Part shown: positions 58,615 through 64,000 of the stretch, one piece after another
Position numbering within the stretch: the stretch's first letter is position 1
How the letters are laid out: every line of letters begins with the position of its first letter
Assembly (NCBI GenBank): GCA_963833425.1
Contig: CAWHXP010000007.1
Location: 96,001-160,000, forward strand
Source: an uncultured Methanosarcinaceae archaeon
GTDB taxonomy: Archaea > Halobacteriota > Methanosarcinia > Methanosarcinales > Methanosarcinaceae
DNA length: 64,000 bases
Reading direction: 5' to 3'
Translations under genes and position numbers: made by a program
Notes under the pieces: model-generated
Seen by the model: only the letters and a program-made list of their open reading frames with translations
Database searches by the model: none
What the model was told of the DNA's origin: nothing

Positions 58615-61600
58615 TATTTAAATTTCAATCGAATTTGAAAGTGTTTATTATTAAAGCTTGGTGTTTGAACTTCTGTCGGATTGATTGGTAAAGTAAAATA
58701 AAAAGTTGAACCTTTACCCAATTCAGATTATGCCCATATATGTTCACCACTCCTTTCTAAAATTTTCTTACAGATTGCAAGCCCTCAGATTGCAAGCCCT
58801 ATTCCTGTTCCAGAATATTCTTCCCTTTTATTCAATCTTTTAACAATTTCAAAAATTTTCTTAAAATATTGTGTATCAATCCCAATTCCATTATCCTGAA
58901 CCAAAAATATCCATTCATTCGCTTTTTTCTCTGCAGAGACACGAATTTTTGGTGCTTCATCACCGTGGAATTTTATTCCATTCATAATTATATTCTGAAA
59001 TACTTGAACTAGCTGAGTAGAATCTGCCATTACATCAGGTAAAGGATCCTGAGATACGGTGGCTTTATTATCTCTTATCATCAATTTTAAATTGGATAAT
59101 GCTTGAGTCAAAATAAATTCACAATTCACGGTCTCAGGTTCTCTAGTATTTCTAGCCACTCGAGAGAACTCTAAAAGATCATATATTAGATTTTGCATAC
59201 GGCAAGCCCCTTCAACTGCAAAGTGGATGTACTTATCAGCCTTATCATCAAGATTACCCTCGTATCTTCTTTGTAAAAGCTGCAAATAGCTTGCAATCAT
59301 CCTCAAGGGCTCTTGTAAATCATGAGATGAAACGTAAGCTAATTGCTCTAATTCTTCATTTGAGCGGTTAAGTTCTTTTAATTTCAACTTTAAAATTTCT
59401 TCTGCTTTTTTTTGCTCTGTGATGTCACGTGCTGCAGCGAAAATACCAATAACATCACCAAATTCATCCATATAAATTGAAGAATTGTATAAAACTGGTG
59501 TTATTTTTCCATTTTTGTGCTGAATTTCAAGCGCATAGTCCAACACAAATCTTTCCTTAAATACTTCTTGATACCCTTTCTGAGCTTTCTCAGGCTCAGT
59601 GAAATTTTCTTGATATCCTTTCTGAGCTTCTCAGGCTCAGTGAAATAGTTCGCAAAGTCGGTACCAATGAGCTCATCCGTGAATAACCAGTAACTTGTTC
59701 TGCAGCTTCATTTACATCAGTAATTTTACCATCATGACCAATGGTTACTAAAGGATCCAAGCTAGCTTCGATCAAACTACGATTATAAATATTGGATAAC
59801 CTAATTTTTTCTTCAGCCTGCTTGATCTCGTGGATGTCTGTACAAGTACCGAACCACTTATCTATCGCTCCACTCTCATTTAAGAATGGCACTCCACGAA
59901 TCAGCCACCAGCGATAGAAGCCGTCTGCACCGTGTTGCCGGCATTCAAGAGAATAAGGGCCGTTGTCGTGCACCGCATTTTGCCAGGCATTCCAAGCACG
60001 TTTTTGGTCATCTGGGTGAAAGGGCTTGTTCCAACCATGGCCATAGCTTTCTTCCAATGTAAGGCCTGTATACTACATCCAATTATGGGGTTTTCCGGTT
60101 TCAAGTACTTTATAGGATTCGCTGAACTCACACCGCTTTGTGAGTCCAAAACGATATCCATAACAGCATCTTCCGTCAGACTCACCGAACTTTTCGCGGA
60201 AAGCGCGGTTGGCAAAAGCGACATGATAATCAGGTGTCAACAGGCATATCATTGTCTGAAGAGTCTCTAGCGCATCAAAGAGCTGTCTTCGTTCACTCTC
60301 AATAGCTTCGGCAACCTGACGATGTGCTTCGCTTTGCAGCAGTGCTTCTTCTGCAATTTTGCGATCTGAGAGGTCAACGAAAGTGGCAAGGAAATTGTCT
60401 TCGATAGTGATGCCGGAAATTTCTACAATGCGAACCGTACCGTTCTTACAGGTAACTTTGTATTCGATAGGCTGGATGGCAGTTTTTTCCTGAATGGCCC
60501 TTTGGACAGCCGTTTCCCAGGTGTCAACCACCCAACTGCGGGTAACTCTAATCGGGATAAGCCACTTGCCACCACTCCTTCAGCGTTGGGACATCCTCGT
60601 GAGTTTAGCCAAAAGTAGTCACAAACCGATCGTTGAAATACATCAATACGCCGTCCTTGTTGACAAAGCATAGCAGGATCGGCGCCTGATTAATTCACCA
60701 ACCTTCGGAACTGCTCCTCACTCTTCTGCAGAGTTTCATATGATTCCTGAAATTCCTCGGACTGAGTCTGCAACTCCTCGGATTGAATCTGGAGATTCTC
60801 GTGTGCTTTCTGTAAAGATTCCTCGGCTCGCGTTTTGGCCAAGGCCACGGCCAAGTAGTCCGCCAGCCTTTCCAACATCGAGATCTTTTCGTGGGTAAAC
60901 TGGTCTTTACGTCTGTCGTTCAACTGGAGAAGACCCAGCCTATCATCACCCACGCGCAAAGCTATCATGGCCACTGATTCATACCCCTCCCCATTGCAAC
61001 TGTTCCGTGTCCGAGCCTGGGGTAAACGTCTGTGGTGGTAGCCAGCAGTTCTTTAGTGCAGTTAGTACAGAAACTTCCCCGCGCTGTGAAGAAGGGCTTA
61101 GATGGGTCGAACCGTCCAAAAATAACGTTTACACACAGGCACTCATGAATTGGATAGCCATCACTATCGCATATAGGCTGTCCGAAACCGTTCAGTACAC
61201 ATAGACTGTTTTCCGACCTCACGAATTCTTCGGAGAAACCGGAAGTCTCGAAGTAAGGATAATCATCGCTATCCTTGAGCCGGATGCCTACTGCTTCGAA
61301 GCTAGAGCGCTCGCCGAAGAAATTAACGGCAGAATGAACCAAATCTACTGCACCCTTGCTCTTGTTCGTGCGATGTAAGAACTCCACAATCATCTAGCGT
61401 TCTGCTCTGCCTTCTTGATTTCTGTAACGTCCCGAACGACGGATACCGATCCAATGATATTACCTTCTGGATCTCTAACAGGGGAGGTATTTATCTGTTG
61501 ATGGAGCAACTCTCCAGTGGCAGGTATGCGAACGATATGTTCATAACCCATCACGATTTCACCACGCAAGGCACGCAAGGCAGATTCTTCCTCTATCGGC

Positions 61601-63844
61601 CGAAGACTACCATAAGGACGATAAATCTCTAAGTTCGGGACTAATTTATCTATGTTAGTTTCTTCATAGTCATTGATCCGAACACCCTTCGTCCCGCAGA
61701 ATTGACAAAGGTGAAGTTTTCTTTAGAATCTGCAAACCAGACTTCGTCAGTAAGATTGTCGATCAATGAAGATAGTCGATATTTCTCCTGTTGAATAACG
61801 TCTAGAAGTCGCAGCCGTTCTTCCTCTGCCTGCTTGCGCTCTAATTCTGCCTTTCTCCTCTGCAAAACCTGCATCACCGCAGGCGCAATGGCTTCAAGAT
61901 CCTCCTGCTGATCGCAGCTATAGCCGCCTTCACGGTTTGCAACCCCCAGCAAACCCATTATTTTACCATCTAAGATGAGGGATACACCAAGAAATGACGT
62001 GAGCGGGGATGACCGTGTGTCACGCTGATACTATCTTGATGTGATGGTGGATCATTAGTAAAAAATCCTTTCCCGTTTTTAATGACATTACCATACAAGC
62101 CATGCACGACAAAATTTCCCGGAGGGCGGCGATGACCAGTCTTGTCATACATCAGACACTGCTCCCATCCCATGTCGCTGATTGCAATATCGTGAAGTAA
62201 CCCATCATCACCCACTAAATTGACGAAACCGAGCTTGCTGCCGGTCACTTCCAGAGCTACAGACAAACACTTATTTCCAAGATATTCTTCTGTCTCATCC
62301 TGTACTACAATACTAAAGATCCGGTTAATTCCTTTGAGAATACGGTCTTGTCTGAGTATACTGTACTCTTCTTGCTTACTTTCGGTTATGTCCACGGCGA
62401 GGCCCACAATACCAAGCAGCTTACCGTCTTTCGCGAGCCACGGAGACTTCGTCGAGAGGTAAATCCGAAGAGAGCCATCCAGCAGTCGGACTTACTCCTC
62501 GGTAACCAGAGGCTGGCATGCCTCGCGGATTATGCGGTCGTTTTCCATCACAGCTTCACCAAGGCACGGGTCAGAGTGGAACTCAATGTCTGTCTTGCCC
62601 AACACTTCGTCTGCCGACTTACCGAGCAAACTTAAGAGGGAATCACTCACATAGACCATCTGGCACTGGCAGTCCTTGACGAATAAGAGATCCGGCGAGT
62701 TTTGTGAAACCGCGCGCAGGATCTCAGTCGCCTTAAAGAGCTCCTGCTTCATACGCTTGCGTTCGGTGATATCCGTCAGAAGCTACAGTAGTGGAGCAAA
62801 TTGCCCTCAGTATCGAACACCGGCTGCACGAAGAGTTCGATAGGTACCTGTGTTCCATCTTTACGGAGGTACTCCTTCTCGTAGCGGACAGGTTAATGAG
62901 TGCAGAGTGCCACAGCTAGGTGCATAGCTTCCTCATCACGCCATTCGGGTGGAGTCAAGTCGGTGTCTCAGCTCAGTTGCTTCTGAATAAGTTCATCGCG
63001 ATTGTAGCCAGCGAGATCGGCAAAAGCCTGGTTGAACAATAGCCAGCCTACCATCCGGCGCGCCGACACCAAAGGGCACGTTAGATTTCTCCACAAAGTC
63101 GGCTAAGAACCTTTCATGCTCTGTCACCTGGAGAAGTGCCTCCTCAGTTAGTTTGAGCTCCAGTTCGGCTCTTTTCCTCTACAGAGATTGTAAAATTGCT
63201 GTTTCTTCCGCTTCTTTACGCTTGGAATTTTCTATCCGTTTCCATTTACCGTTCTTTTTGATCAAAGCAAATTGATGGTTGACGACCACATCGATGATTT
63301 CGGTTGCGTTGAACCTGTCGAGAGAGTAAGTGCAGATAGCCATCATCTGATAGTTGCCGATGACCCTGTCCACCGCTTTCTCATAATCATAAAAATCGTT
63401 CCAATCTTCTTTTTCCAGCCAAAAAGTATTCCCAGTCAATCTCAAACCATCATAGCCATTAGCCAGAACCTGATTGTTTTTCGCCCCATCCGTTTAATAC
63501 TCTATCTGAATCGAAAACACCCTCTTTTAAATACCAGTGAGTGTAAGAACGATTTCAAGTTGTCCTTTCTCCAAATAAATATCAATATCAGGAATTGCTC
63601 TTTGAAGGACTTCTTTTGCCTCTTCTACTTCCAGAGGTTGTGATGTGACCCACATGCAAAATTCGTTATTTTCCAGTCATGTTTTGAAATAAGGAACAAG
63701 TATATCTATCAAATCCTCTCTGGTTTGGTAGAACTGACAGAAATGTGTTCCCCATGACAAATCGCCAATGATACCAATACCAGAATATCTCAAGTTTTTA
63801 TTCGTTAAAGACGTATACTTATTTTCCAGCTCTTCCATAGTCAT
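58615..63844 (-). pseudogene. Large multi-sensor histidine kinase (MEDS-PAS-GAF-PAS-GAF-PAS...-HisKA-HATPase), fragmented
   Basis: MEDS (WGTHFCQFYQT..PYFKT*LENNE), PAS and GAF fragments, SSHDLQEPLR H-box, QVFQNIIMNGIKF, VQDNGIGID, GTGIGLAI. More than ten breaks. Confidence 0.92.
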
Positions 63845-64000
63845 ATTCCAAAATTTTGCTATTATCGACATTCTATAGATGTATACGTGTAGATTCATAA
63901 TTAAATAATTTTAGTGTAATCACTGAATTTAGAACTAAATTTCTCTGATTTTTCCGCAACTTATCTACTTAAATTTAACTTTATGTAATTTTGTATCTAA

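Noticed and set aside
58615..63844. Pyrrolysine readthrough or programmed frameshifting restoring the fragmented genes
   Set aside because: Breaks include TGA and TAA stops and many indels in different frames, so recoding cannot restore them.

Overview
AT-rich archaeal chromosomal segment, most likely Methanosarcina or a close relative (methanogenesis marker 12, hdrB, aIF-1A, prefoldin beta, DUF2180 pair, YVTN surface protein, DKQQAW-type HEAT repeats, MEDS/PAS kinase). I can support about 25 apparently intact genes covering only about 18 kb, roughly 28% of the window. The rest is intergenic DNA, decayed IS elements (IS6, two IS5-type families, IS110, IS1, MITE-like units) and about a dozen recognisable non-IS pseudogenes (hdrC, DUF4062-NACHT, ThiF, metX-CBS, MT-A70, HEAT repeat, two SAM methyltransferases, C45 peptidase, a 5-kb sensor kinase). 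I found no rRNA, tRNA or CRISPR array. Most notable: (1) two dead IS5-family copies, nearly identical over 1123 bp, in inverted orientation around four intact genes; (2) an intact secreted protein of about 41 G-x-G-N-x pentapeptides with a Cys-to-Ile-to-Val gradient and a His/Lys tail, preceded by a 120-nt foldback leader; (3) an intact hdrB beside a heavily decayed hdrC; (4) pervasive genome erosion. All family calls come from manual motif recognition, not database searches. I found no complete novel multi-gene system that I can support.
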